64,000 nucleotides of DNA from Eledone cirrhosa (Eukaryota). The stretch is taken from NCBI GenBank assembly GCA_964016885.1, contig OZ024743.1, positions 247,814,001-247,878,000 of the forward strand. The letters are read 5' to 3'. The notes under the pieces were generated by a model that did not search any database, was not told the origin of the DNA, and saw only the letters and a list, made by a program, of their open reading frames with translations. Shown here piece after piece: positions 10,855-24,735 of this stretch (its first letter is position 1; every line of letters starts with the position of its first letter). The position numbers and the translations under genes are program-made.

Positions 10855-12900
10855 AACAGCAGTACACCACAGCTATGTGACTTACAACAACAACAGCAGT
10901 ACACCACAGCTATGTGACTTACAACAACAACAGCAGTACACCACAGCTATGTAGCATACAACAACAACAGCAGTACACCACAGCTATGTAGCATACAACA
11001 CCAGCAGTACATCACAGCTATGTAGCATACAACAACAACAACAGCAGTACACCACAGCTATGTAGCATACAACAACAATAGCAGTACACCACAGCTGTGT
11101 AGCATACAACAACAACAGCAGTACATCACAGCTATGTAGCATACAACAACAGCAGTACACCACAGCTATGTAGCATACAACAACAACAACAGCAGTACAC
11201 CTCAGCTATGTAGCATACAACAACAGCAGTACATCACAGCTATGTAGCATACAACAACAGCAGTACATCACAGCTATGTAGCATACAACAACAACAACAG
11301 TACACCACAGGTATGTAGCATACAACAACAACAGCAGTACACTACAGCTATGTAGCATACAACAACAACAGCAGTACACCACAGCTATGTAGCATACAAC
11401 AACAGCAGTACATCACAGCTATGTAGCATACAACAACAACAGTAGTACACCACAGGTATGTAGCATACAACAACAACAGCAGTACACCACAGCTATGTAG
11501 CATACAACCACAGCAGTACACCACAGCTATGTAGCATACAACAACAACAGCAGTACATCACAGCTATGTAGCATACAACAACAACAGCAGTACACCACAG
11601 TTATGTAGCATACAACAACAGCAGTACACCACAGCTATGTAGCATACAACAACAACAGCAGTACATCACAGCTATGTAGCATACAACCACAGCAGTACAC
11701 CACAGCTATGTAGCATACAACAACAACAGCAGTACACCACAGTTATGTAGCATACAACAACAGCAGTACACTACAGTTATGTAGCATACAACAACAGTAC
11801 ACCACAGGTATGTAGCATACAACAACAACAGCAGTACACTACAGCTATGTAGCATACAACAACAACAACAGCAGTACATCACAGCTATGTAGCATACAAC
11901 AACAACAGCAGTACATCACAGCTATGTAGCATACAACAACAACAGCAGTACACCACAGCTATGTAGCATACAACAACAACAACAGCAGTACATCACAGCT
12001 ATGTAGCATACAACAACAACAGCAGTACATCACAGCTATGTAGCATACAACAACAACAGCAGTACATCACAGCTATGTAGCATACAACAACAACAACAGC
12101 AGTACACCACAGCTATGTAGCATACAACAACAACAGCAGTACATCACAGCTATGTAGCATACAACAACAACAACAGCAGTACACCACAGCTATGTAGCAT
12201 ACAACAACAACAGCAGTACACCACAGCTATGTAGCATACAACAACAACAACAGCAGTACATCACAGCTATGTAGCATACAACAACAACAGCAGTACATCA
12301 CAGCTATGTAGCATACAACAACAACAGCAGTACACCACAGCTATGTAGCATACAACAACAACAACAGCAGTACACCACAGCTATGTAGCATACAACAACA
12401 ACAGCAGTACATCACAGCTATGTAGCATACAACAACAACAGCAGTACACCACAGCTATGTAGCATACAACAACAACAGCAGTACACCACAGCTATGTAGT
12501 ATACAACAACAACAGCAGTACACCACAGCTATGTAGCATACAACAACAACAACAACAGCAGTACACTACAGTTATGTAGCATACAACAACAACAGCAGTA
12601 CACCTCAGCTATGTAGCATACAACAACAACAACAGCAGTACACTACAGTTATGTAGCATACAACAACCACAGCAGTACATCACAGCTATGTAGCATACAA
12701 CAACCACAGCAGTACACCACAGCTATGTAGCATACAACAACCACAGCAGTACACCACAGCTATGTAGCATACAACAACAACAGCAGTACACTACAGTTAT
12801 GTAGCATACAACAACAACAGCAGTACACCACAGTTATGTAGCATACAACAACAACAGCAGTACACTACAGTTATGTAGCATACAACAACAGCAGTACACA
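10855..12900. repeat. ~2 kb minisatellite, unit ~34-43 bp, CAGTACACCACAGCTATGTAGCATA(CAA)nCAG, roughly 55 copies
   Basis: Directly visible tandem array with variable CAA number and cac/cat/cta variants. Confidence 0.97.
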
Positions 12901-13089
12901 TCACCAGTACACATCACCAACAATTACACAACACACAGGTTTTATGTAACTGTTTTAAGATTTATTCTCTATAAACCATAAAACATTGTAGTTTTTCAGT
13001 GTTTTTAAATGAATACTTTTGTAAACTATCATGATCAGATCTGTTTCAACATGGTTTTATAAATATTTTAACTTATCTGTTTGTTACAG

Positions 13090-13236
13090 CATAGCCAATT
13101 CACCATTTCCACAACATATTCCTTATGTAATGTCACCCATGGGACCTTTATCTCAGTCTGGTTTTCTCTATAGTCCTGAGCAATATGCATGGATGCAGCA
13201 AATGTACTCTCAGTACATGGCTCAGTATATGCAATA
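13090..13236 (+). CDS. HERPUD: HERPUD-like exon (IANSPFPQ...EQYAWMQQMYSQYMAQYMQ)
   Basis: ttacag| acceptor, |gtaagt donor; 147 nt, phase 2/2; W.QQMY..QY.QY is a conserved Herp motif. Confidence 0.9.
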
Positions 13237-13289
13237 GTAAGTAAACATTTAAGTTTATTTTTCTTTATTGAGGAAGTGAGACATGGGTT

Positions 13290-13695
13290 TTGAATGTAGA
13301 GGGATATTCGAAGGCTAGAATGAAATGAAGTGAGCCTGCTCCACTGGATGTGTAATGTTATTGTGCATAAACAAATAAGCAAAGATGAGTTGAGAGAAAA
13401 ACTGGGTACAAGAAGAGTTTGATGTTGTTAGCAAGAGAGAAGACTGTTAGTGTGGACGTTTAATGTATATGGATGGTGATAATTGAGTAAAGATGTAAGA
13501 CTTCCAAGTGAAAGGAAAATCAAAGATGATGTGTGCTGAATTGGTGAAAGCTGATCTAAGGATATTGAACTTAAAGGAAATGATGAAGGACTGTAACAAG
13601 TGACTGTTTGGGTGAGGAGCTGACCAACCCATGCAAGCATGGAAAAATAATTGGAAAAATAATAATAATGATGATGATGATGATGATGATGATGA
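13290..13695 (+). mobile_element. Degenerate RTE LINE 3' fragment with (GAT)n tail
   Basis: Similar to 27430-27720; ends ccatgcaagcatggaaaa...gatgatgat. Confidence 0.7.
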
Positions 13696-16074
13696 AGCAA
13701 AAATGAAACAATCCATTTGTATAAGTGAATATAAAAAGCTTCATTAACAAGGTATATATAAGATGGTCAGTCTGATTAAAATACATAGGAAGCTATCATG
13801 GCTAGGTAGTTTACATACCACATTTTGTCAAAGGTTTGGTTACTATTGAGTTAACAACGTTTGTTTCACATTTTAATAATCCTTGAGACTATTGTTTTTA
13901 CTGTTTAGTTAGGGAGAGAAGAACAATAAACTTTTTCTTGAACCTTTATTACTGGTGAAAGAAGGGGACATATCCTGAAACAAAGACTTTGCTCTCTTGG
14001 GTCTGCTAAAAGCATTCAAGGATCACATGGGGGTGTTAAATAAGGCGATGTTTACCACCAAAATAGACCACTGTTAGATTTGAACTCAGAATGCAAAGAA
14101 ATGGAACAAATACAGTTAGGCATCTCATCTGAAATCCCACAAAGTATCTTATCCTATACTTTGACAACTCTGCCAATTCAAAATATTGCAATAGAATCAA
14201 GTTTTTGCAATGAATGTTGATGACAGCCAAGGAGAAAAAGATGTTAAAGATATAGAAGATAAATCTTGTGCTTGTATATATGAGTGTATGTAAGTGTAAC
14301 TAACTAAATTTTCTTTTCACTTCTCATTAGTTGAACACTCGGCTAAAACCTATTTATGAAACTTAGTAAAGAATGTAACTTGACACCAGATATAAAATTA
14401 TGAATTGTATATATTTTTAACTTTAAAAATTTGAAACATGTATGTGTAGCTGTTTTATACTTGAAATTACTACTACATATGCCATGTTAAATACATTTGA
14501 AACCATTTCAGTTACAGTGATTCATATGATGAAACTATGCACTGGATTTACATGTGTGAAACAGGAATATACCATCAGCATCAACTTTGTTTTTATGTTG
14601 ACCTTTCCATGTTGGTGTGGGTTGGACAAGACTTTTTGAGGCAGTGTTTTATAGCTGGATGCCCTTCCTGACACCACCTTTTTAGTTGATTCTTATGATA
14701 TATGGTGTATCTAATCTAAACACAATTTTGAAAATTTATTAAGTTTTACAAATATACTCTAAAAGAAAAAGGAAAATAAATGAAAAAATGGGTAAACCCT
14801 ACATGCTCAGATGAGTAGCATATCTCAGCTATATCATGTAGACAAAATGGCAAAAGTGTTACCATGAAGAATAGCCAGTGACATTTATTGTAACATCCAT
14901 TCCACCTCATGGGGCTCCTTTCTTAGTTAAAATATTCCATATTTTAACTATATTTTTTATGTTATTGCTTTATTATAGTTGTTCTTTTTATGGCAACATC
15001 ATGTTGAAAGCTTTGGTTGTACTTAGATGGGTAATGCCCAGTTAACAAGAGTACTTAGATGGGAAACCTAGGTGTCATAAACAACTTTAAATTTCTGAAA
15101 TTGCATAGCTTAGTGGTTAGAGTGTTCAGCTCATGGTCATATGGTTGTGAGTTTGATTCCTAATAGTGTGTTGTGTCCTTGAGCTAAATAAATTTAATGT
15201 AGACCACCTGTCCATTTTTAAAATGGTGATGATGATCTACATTAAATTTATCTTAAATAGTAACTTAAATTAGAGTAAATATTTAGAACATTGACTCAAA
15301 GCTAAAATATAACTACAATTTTTTAATGAAAAGTTGAGCTGTGAAAAAAAGGATGTGTATACGCTTTTCTGTTCCGTCTGTTCATAGAAAAACATGTATG
15401 GAGGAAATAGAAAAGCGTATGTTTATGCTTCTTTCTTTTCATGGCAAGACTTCTAATTCAAAAACTATAACTCACCATCATCATCATTCAATGTCCACTT
15501 TCCATGCTGGCTTGAGTTGGACAGGTTGTCACAGTAGACAGGTCGAAGAGACCTCATCTCACTCATATATTCATTTTTTGGTATGGTTTTTATAGCTGGA
15601 TGCCCTTCCAGATGGCAGCCACTTTATAGATTGTACTGGTTGTATTTTATAGTGGCACTTGGACTACTACTTTACATAGTGTAATGGGTGCATTTTATTG
15701 TGACACCAGCACTAGAGAGGTTATCATATGCTTGGTAAGACTGAAGAGTCCTCTCTACCCTATATTGTCTCTTGCTCATATACTCTATATATTGTCATGG
15801 TTTCTACAGCTGGACGCTCTTCCTAATGCCTACCACTTTATAGAGTGTACTGGGTACATTTTACTGTGGCACCAGCACTACCACTTTACAAGGTGTAATG
15901 CAAACGTTTTGTTGAGGTGCCAGCTCTAGGGAGGTCATTATGTGCTCGGTAAGACTACAGAGTTCTCTCTACCCTAAATTGTCTCCATTTGATTGCCAAC
16001 CACTTGTAGCTGTATCTACATATACTGTATTCTTGCATAAATATTTATTATAAATTACTATGTTTTTGTTTTAG

Positions 16075-16359
16075 TTACCAGCCTGGCACTATTCCAGCTT
16101 CTGTTCCAACGAACATGCCTCCTAACAATGTTATTAATAACCAACCTGAGGTGAATAATGCAGAGGTACGACAGGGTAACCCCAACCTTCGTATGAACGC
16201 ACAAGGTGTACTGGATGATGAAGATGAGTTTGAACAAAGAGACTGGTTAGATTGGATGTACGCAGCATGTCGGTTTGCCATATTAATGGGCATTGTCTAC
16301 TTCTACTCTACTCTTAGTCGCTTTGTCATTGTTTTCTTAACGTGTTTCATGCTTTACAT
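16075..16359 (+). CDS. HERPUD: HERPUD-like exon (…NLRMNAQG…RDWLDWMY…YFYSTLSRF…), membrane region
   Basis: ttttag| acceptor, |gtaagt donor; 285 nt, phase 2/2; RMNAQG, RDWLDW and YFYSSLSRF-like motifs are diagnostic of Herp proteins. Confidence 0.95.
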
Positions 16360-16429
16360 GTAAGTATATCATTGCTAATTCTCTCTTGCCTTATGGTTTC
16401 TTTTTTTGACACAATATTATTCTTTATAT

Positions 16430-16618
16430 TTAACCCTTTTGATACCAACCTCTCTACTTCTGGTTCTGGTCCTATGAAACAAAGTCACTCATTTTAAAGG
16501 GCTCGTATTTAAATGAAAATCTACCAACAATTAATAATTTTAGTAAATGTCTAAAAATTCTTCATTAATTAATGAAATAGAGTATATTTAATCAGAAATA
16601 CAGTCACGAAAGGATTAA
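16430..16618. mobile_element. piggyBac-like MITE (TTAA-CCCTTT termini); related pieces at ~3590-3800, 10260-10587 and 20840-21347
   Basis: ttaaccctttt...aaaggattaa; matching ends aaaagggttaa (~10585) and aaaaggcttaa (~21345). Confidence 0.5.
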
Positions 16619-18163
16619 ATGTTTCTGTATTTTAGTCCATATGATATTTTAATTTCATCGTTCATCATCATTTTACACTTGTTTTCCATGTTGGCATGAG
16701 TTAGACAAGTTGTTATTGTTTGATAGGGTTCTTATTTGGAGTTACCTCACATCCTAGATGGGTTAGGATATCATGGCTTGCTTGTATATTCCGTTTTCAA
16801 CATGATTTCTACAGCTGGATGTTTTTCATAACATTAACCACTTTACACAGTGTACTGGGTTCATTTTATCACTGCACCAACACTAGAGAAGTTGTCATGT
16901 CCTTAGCAGGTTTAAGGGGTCCTCCCAACCTGATAGCATCACCTTTTATCCACCAACCACTTTACAGATTGTATTGGGTGCATTTTTATCATAACTCCAT
17001 TTTTGCTATGAAGTTTAATTACTTGCATCCATGAATATATTCTAGTTTGGTGTGAGAATGAAGAATGTAAAGAATATTTATCTTAGATATGGTTATGCTT
17101 CTGTTTATATTACTCTCCATATCATTTTTTTTTGTTGGAAAACCCTTCTCTATATAGAGGTTAACATTAGGTAGGCTAACTGCTTGTTTTTTAATAACTC
17201 AGTCAATTGTTTTCCTATGTGATATCCCTGAGTATTCAACTAACAACTTTTTTTCACTTGATTCCAAATTGCAATTCATTACTATCAGCCAAAATTCTTT
17301 AGTTGTTTAAACTATGTACTTTATGCCTGACCTAATTGAAATTGCTAAAAGTGTAAAAACCATAAAACTTAGTTGATTGATATACATTGAAGGTGCGTGT
17401 CCTAAAGATTAGTACTTAGAGTGTTGGATTCACAATTATGAGGTCATTGGTTCAATTCTTAGACCTGACAGTATGTTGAATTCTTGAGCAAAGAGCTTTT
17501 ATTCATGTTGCTTTTCATGATAGAACTAGGATCCCTGTCTTTAAAATGCCCCAGAAACCTCCTATGAGGTAGAAGCTTGTAGGAGGCCAGCTGATCCACA
17601 TAGTTGTGAACTATAAATTTCATTTGACATTTTCGTTTTCTTATTGATATACATTGCCCCCCTTTCTCAGAACTAAAAGTTTAGTTCTCTAAATTAGTTT
17701 GCCATGATATATGATGGTGTTATACAAGTAAGAAGCAGAGTGTACTGGGTGTGTTTTTTAGTGGCACCAGCACTAGAAAGGTTGTTGTATGCTTGTCCAG
17801 ATAGAAGAATCCTCTCAGACCCTATATTATTTCTGTTTGATTGTCAAACACAGTAGCCTCCAGTATTTCACCTCATTTACTTTTAGTGGCACAGTGCTAG
17901 TACAGGTGGATGTGTCTTTTGTATTTATGATATATTGCTTGTTAGTCTGTTCTTGAGGTCATTTTTCAGAAAATAAAAAAAAATAAAAGGAATTGTTTTC
18001 TCCCTCCTCAACTACTGCAATATCTCCTCTCCACTTACTAAACACATTTCTATTTAGTTGGACATATCGCCTTTTTCTCTGTTATTTAATCCACTAAGTG
18101 GCACCATGGGCAAGTGTCTCCCATTATAGCTCTGGGCTGGACATAACATATATATATAGCATA

Positions 18164-18206
<43 letters not shown>

Positions 18207-19857
18207 AGTCTGTGTTTGTGTGTGTTATGCTATATTTTAAAAAAATATATCTGCGTACCAACTTATCTTAATGCATAAGCAATGGTATATAGCAACTCCT
18301 TGAAATAAATAAGTACTGGGATTGATATGATTGACTAAATCTATTCAAGGCAAGTACATTAGCATAGACAGTCTAATGACAGAAACCAGTGAAAGAATAA
18401 AAGAAAATGTATGAAACAATCAGGGAAACCACTGCACAGTAGCTAGAAATAGTAGTCAAATCTCTGTTATGTCACACCCTACTATCTTACTAAAATGTAA
18501 TGTTATGTGTTCAACTATGAATTATGAAAGAAAAAAGAAATTGACTATATCTTTAAAGAATTTTCTTTAAAATTCCATCAATATAATCATAATCTACATC
18601 TTTGAATAAAATATCTCTGCAATGTTTCATTCAAAAATATGAATTATTAACAAAATTATGTGGTAGCTACATATGCTAAAAGCTGCTGCCAAATCTCCAT
18701 TAAATCACATCTTCTGTCTTACTGTAACATTATGTCATTTCTACAACTATGAATTGTGAAAGGAAAAAAGAATTTAAAAAAATATTTCTTTTAAATTCTA
18801 TCAATAAAATAATCTATATTTTTAAAATGTATTTCTGAAAAATTTAATTATGAAATATGAATTATTGACAAAATTATGGGGGAACAAAGCTGGAAGTAGG
18901 GTGTAGCACCAAACTGTAGTCTTACAGTCTAATGTTTACATTTATTGAAGTTATTGTTTTCATTTCTGAAATTTAAAAATTTCATTCTTTCAGTTGCAAT
19001 TTCTTAATGATAATGGAATAAAATACTTCAAATGTATACAAAATGTATTCAAACTGAATGTGTACTCTACATACATAGATGGTGAAATATTATTTCATAT
19101 TTATTTATTTGTTTACTGTAATACATCTAGTGTTAATATAAATGAGAGAAAAAACTCCCAATAATGTTAAATATAAATATAGTTAGAGCCTGTACATCGT
19201 TGATGAATCTGTTCAAAATAGCAGCCAAATCACAATCTATTGCCTTAAAGAGACACTGAATATTGTAATCTTGGGTATACTCTTAAAAAGACAGGATGGT
19301 CATAACTGGAGAGTCTTTTACCTCCCTGTTTTAGGTGACTTTTATGATGTTGGAATGCAGTGTATCTATTGTGAAAAATGGGATACATACTTTAAGGATA
19401 CACAGTAAAATTTATTTATATATTTGCAATTTATATGGAGAATTTTAATATAATTACCCCCACTACTTTAGGCTGTCATTGTCTTATTGATATATCATCA
19501 TCATCCACTTTGTAAAGTGGTAGTGCTGGTGTCACAATAAAAATCCTCCTGTCCACTCTGAAAGGTGATAATGTTGGTACCATGGTAAATTGTACCCAAT
19601 ACATGCTGTAACGTGGTTGGCATTAGGAAGGGCATTCAGCCATAGAAACCAGGAGCAAAATAGAATGTATGAGTAAGGTGTGTTCTTCTCACTTGTCAAA
19701 TCTCAGTATGTGACAACTTGTCTAACCCATGCCATCATGAAAAAATAGATGCAAAATAGTGGTAATGATGAATTTCAATATAATAACTGCCACTATTTTT
19801 GGCAGTTTGATATTGCCTTATCCACACACACATATATATATATTTTTTTTTTTACAG

Positions 19858-19990
19858 CCATCAAGCTGGCTGGTTTCAGGTTCAAAGACAGCCTGTAGCT
19901 ATTGGTGCACCTCCTGGGGATCAGAATGGACCACCTGCCCAACCTGCTCCAGCTGTTAACGAACATCAGAATGAAAATCCTGATGCACAA
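19858..19990 (+). CDS. HERPUD: HERPUD-like exon (HQAGWFQVQRQP...ENPDAQ)
   Basis: poly-T acag| acceptor, |gtaagt donor; phase 2/0; YxHQAGWF motif. Confidence 0.92.
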
Positions 19991-21817
19991 GTAAGTTCAA
20001 TTTTGTTAATGAGCAATTCCTGAGACACTGGTAAAAATGGCTTGAGATGACTCTTTAATTGCATTAAGGGCACAACAACCTCTCTAGTGTTGCTGCCACG
20101 ATAAAATGCACCCAGTTCACCCTGTAGAGTGGTTGATGATAAGAAGGGCATCCAGCAGTAGAAAACTTGCCAAACAAATGGTCAAAAGGAGTCCTCAATT
20201 GTATCAAAAACTTGGCTACCATCCTATTGCTGATGTCACATTAAAATGCACCTGGTGTATCCTTTAGAGTGTGGAAACATATAAGCAAGATGTAGCCCAT
20301 CTGAGAAGTCAGTGACTGATTAAGTACTGACTTCATCTGTGATGATCTCTCCAACTCTTGCTAGCAGGGAAAACAAATGTTAAATGATAATGATGATTAT
20401 GATAACAATGTGGATGCAGCGAGGCTGAATGTTTAAGAATATTGCTTCACAATCATGAGGTTCTAGGTATTTAATCTCAGTGTGTGTCATCTTGGGCAAG
20501 TGTTATTTACAGCCTTGGATCAACCTAAGCCATGAAAATGAAACTGGGTAGATAGAAACTTAAAAGCTCAGTAGGTGGACTGTACATGTAATTAAAAGGG
20601 CCAGCCTTGTCACACATTGTGCCCTGTTTAATCTCCCTGAGAATTATGTTAATTTTATACATGTCTGTGGAATATTCAACCACTTGCATGTTAATTTATT
20701 GAGTAGGTTGATCGAACAACTGGAATGCTTATTGTTGAAATTCACAGAATTCCATTTACTCTTTTTAAATTTTTATAATTTATAAGATTTTACTAATTGT
20801 TTTAATGTCTAAAATGAGTTGATAAGATTATAATTTTTCAGACAGTTAACTCGTTTATTACAATATTTCTAATGAAATACACAGCCTGTATGTTTCAATG
20901 AATTTTTAAAATAATATGAAATTTTCAGGAATATAGTATAATAAAGTTTTACATTAGTAAGCTGATGTGTGGAACATTATTAATAAAAATTTCTTAAACA
21001 AAATTATGGAATATTTTCACCCTTTTAATACCAAGCTACTTCAATCTGTAATTGGTTCTATAATTCAAAGTTATTTTAAATCCTTCCTTCATAATTGTAA
21101 TTTTAAAAGCCTTCCTTCATAATTGTTATGCTCCCAACAGCAGCTTAATAATAAGAAAGTTAGTTGTATTACTAAATCCCTGCAAATTCTTGATTATTTT
21201 TTAAATGATTTGGAAATTATAGGCAGTGCATTTCATAAGACATATGGTAACAAAGAGGTTAATATAAGCAAAGAGCACTTTAAAGTGGGCAGTTTTGTAT
21301 CATAGATCAAGGGTGGTTTCAGTTGAGTTGATATCAAAAGGCTTAACCTTATCTTTAGAGATTGCACATATGGTTGGCTTACAAAGCGTTTTGGAGACTT
21401 GAAAATATAGTGGTCCCAATGCAAATAACTGTAATGATAGTTGAAAAAATCAGGTAAAGTACCCTGGAGACAGAACAAGAGGACAGTGATGCCTGTAAGG
21501 AATCAAGCCATGCATCTCTTAGCCACAGGCTTAAACATTTTCTAAAATTGATAGCAAGCAGTGACCAAGTTTCCTTAGTGTAATGGTTAATGTACCCGCC
21601 CGGTATCCTAGAGATGTGTGGTTTGATTACCCGGTGTTGAATCCTAGGTGTTTCTGTCGCTTTTTTTTTACCTTTCTAGGAGAATTTCATACAATTTTTT
21701 TCCAACATTATTTATAATAATCAATTATTGTTCTAGTTATATGGATCAGGACTACTACATTTTCAAATATCATTGTTTAATATTTACATCTCACAAATTT
21801 TCTTTTTTTTTTTCTAG

Positions 21818-21976
21818 CAGAATGAAGGTACTTCCGATGAAAGTGGTTCAGATGAATCTCAGTCAGAACCTCGAGAACCTGCTCTTCCTCGTGGTCTCGC
21901 TCTTGTCTGGCTTCTTGTGCGAACATTTTTCACTTCTTTATTTCCACAGCAACCTCCTGCCGTGAATGCTAACTAA
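21818..21976 (+). CDS. HERPUD: HERPUD-like last coding exon (…ALVWLLVRTFFTSLFPQQPPAVNAN*)
   Basis: poly-T tag|cag| acceptor (start 21818 or 21821), phase 0; TFFTSL.P..P..AN* is the Herp C-terminus; TAA at 21974-21976. Confidence 0.92.
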   Translation, partial: QNEGTSDESGSDESQSEPREPALPRGLALVWLLVRTFFTSLFPQQPPAVNAN

Positions 21977-24185
21977 GTGTCTCATAAAACTGGATGATAA
22001 TCAACTGATAAAAATAATAATGAATTGACGATAAAAAATTCTTAATGGATTCAGCACATTGATTGATAACCTGACATATCTTTTGGTATTCTGGGGATGA
22101 TAACCAGGCATCTTAATAATTGTGGTTGAAATAACTAAATAACTGAAAAATCGTTATGGAATTGAACACTTACCAAACAAATTAAGCCATGGTAAAAGGC
22201 TGGGGTTAAATTCCTTTGCTCTTTGCTCTTTTATGTTTGGTTAAAGCTTCATTTCATATTGAATAAAATTTTCTCCAGTATTTCACAGTTTAGATCTGAA
22301 ATACTCTTTATTTTATATCTTGGTATAAAAACTGAAAAACAAACCAAATATACATAAATAAACATAAATTTTGCAACCCACTTTAGTTTATAAACCATGA
22401 TCTTTTGTCCATGTTATCAAATATTTTATATTATGCTTACTGGTTGCATACTCCTGAGTCATCATCTCACCTTAAATTGTAATTTCTAAATCAATTTTTG
22501 TCAGTTTTGAAGGGATAGTTTGTAAATTTCTCCCTCTTATTTTCTGTATTTACACTAGAATACAGGGCTGTTTTGAAATCTAGAATATCTAAGTCTGTTT
22601 TATGATTGTTACTTATTTGTTTACCATCACCATATAGATGAATGGTATTCTGTTAAACAATAGAAAAGAAGCACAGAGTAACGTACTCAATACATCAAAT
22701 AAAGAAGGTACATTATTTTATTCAAAGGTAATTCTTACATGACTAGTTTTGTAAGAAACAGGATTTTTCTTTAGTCTTAAATTTTCCCCTATAATTTTTA
22801 TATATGAGGAAATTGTATCTTTATTGCATTTCATTTAACTTTAGTTTTCCTACTACAATGTTTAACTTAGTGAGGTATTCTTTTCCTTCACTTATTTGGA
22901 ATAACTTTTGTAATCCACTAGTCTAATCAGTTAACATTTATAATAGTTAATTGTTGGTTTATTTGCTTTAGTTATCCCAAGCTATTATTCATCACTAAAG
23001 AATAACATATCTTTATAATACACACAGAGTTGTGTTTTCCTGTCAATAGGAAGAATTGAAACAGCTGAATTAATTCTTTTCATTTCTCTCTCCAAAGAGT
23101 AATCACGATAGTCAACGTGTACAAGGGAGATAACTTCTGTCACTGTAAAACTGATGTCCAACAACAGAAATCATGTGTGTTACTACTATTTAAAAATTTT
23201 GTTTAAATTTTCATTAAAAAATATATACATTTAATGAGAAATTAATTAAAAACAAAGTTGTGTTGATTTTTTTTTCAATTGTTAAGTCATTTACAATTGA
23301 AAGTAAGCATCAAACCACATAAACAACCTCAAATTGTTTTGAATATTTGTAAATATAACTTTCTATACTGTTCAAATTTACTAAGTATATTGCTCTAACT
23401 TTTATGTTATGAGGAAAATGATGAGGAGGACAACATTAGATGTATAAAAATATATACTGAAGCACTTATACATTTACACATTGTGCTATTATAAATATTT
23501 ATATTTCATATATGAGTACTTTTAATGGAGTTGTGCTCTTTGGAAGTGAAGCTTTTGTGTCCTTTGTTGAAAGGATGCTACTGTCAGTTGTAACATTGCT
23601 TAATATAATTTAACCTTGTATCTATTTTATTCAGATTTATTTGTACAATAATTTCAGTGGTTGAATTTTCTTTAGTTTCAACTACATGAAATTAAGAACT
23701 GGAATCACCATTCAACTATTTGGTAGTTGGGTTTCATTTTATTTTTGTTCTGTACTTGCTTAAGTTTTTGTTTTAAAATTAAATTTATTCAGTTGAATCT
23801 TGAAATGTAATTAGCTTATTTTTATATATATTTTTGATTATTATTATTTTATCCATAACAAATACATTAAATTATTTAGAAATGCTAAGACATTTTTTTA
23901 AAAGCATAATTTTAGAACTTGACATTTCAAGATGACTCCTTACATATTGCTACCCCTTCCTCCTACTGTTTTTTTTTTTTTTCTTTTTCTTCCACACAAA
24001 TGCAGAATTCTGACTGTGATATCATTATGGTGGAGTAATTCATTTTTGGTTTGACTTGAAGCGATAAAAAGAAATGATTTCTCGGTGTGGTTCAGTGCAA
24101 AAAATTATATGTTCAATTTTATGTAAATTGTATAGATTAAAATATGTTAATTAAAAAGTGGTTTCAAAGTACTTTGCATTTCAAT
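21977..24185 (+). other. Probable long 3' UTR of the HERPUD-like gene
   Basis: ~2.2 kb of AT-rich sequence with no recognisable repeats; ATTAAA at 24136 and 24150 followed by a GT/T-rich tract. The end point is inferred. Confidence 0.5.
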
Positions 24186-24205
24186 GTTATTTTTGTTGTT
24201 GATTT

Positions 24206-24245
<40 letters not shown>

Positions 24246-24447
24246 GTTGAATGCTATATTTAAATTCATAAAACTTGCTTTTTGTCATCTCATTGGAAAA
24301 TATATTGAATTTGCATGTGTGTGTGTGCATTGCTTGAATATTTGAGTATGTAATATGCATAAAAATGTATTTTTCTGGCATTCACACAGTCATTTGAAAA
24401 CTTATATTTGTGTGATATAACCTTCCATCTCTCATGATACACACATA

Positions 24448-24735
24448 TTTGGTGTGATTGTGCTACACATAGCTGCATGTTTGGTGTGATTGTGCTACAC
24501 ATACTTAGCTACATGTTTGCTGTGATTGTGCTACATATACTTAGCTACATGTTTGGTGTGATTGTGCTACACATACTTAGCTACATGTTTGGTGTGGTTG
24601 TGCTACACATACTTAGCTACATGTTTGCTGTGATTGTGCTACATATACTTAGCTACATGTTTGCTGTGATTGTGCTACACATACTTAGCTACATGTTTGC
24701 TGTGATTGTGCTACACATACTTAGCTGCATGTTTG
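24448..24735. repeat. Minisatellite, 36-bp unit (TGTTTG[G/C]TGTGATTGTGCTACA[C/T]ATACTTAGCTACA), about 8 copies
   Basis: Directly visible tandem array. Confidence 0.95.

Noticed and set aside
10855-12900. CRISPR-like array or Gln-rich coding region
   Set aside because: No unique spacers, no cas genes and a eukaryotic intron context; units contain stops and change frame
21568-21642. tRNA gene
   Set aside because: A/B-box-like motifs only, with no proper cloverleaf; more likely a decayed SINE head
24210-24241. Poly-A tail of a - strand retrocopy
   Set aside because: No TSD or recognisable parent sequence; fits equally as a T-rich element downstream of the HERPUD polyadenylation signal
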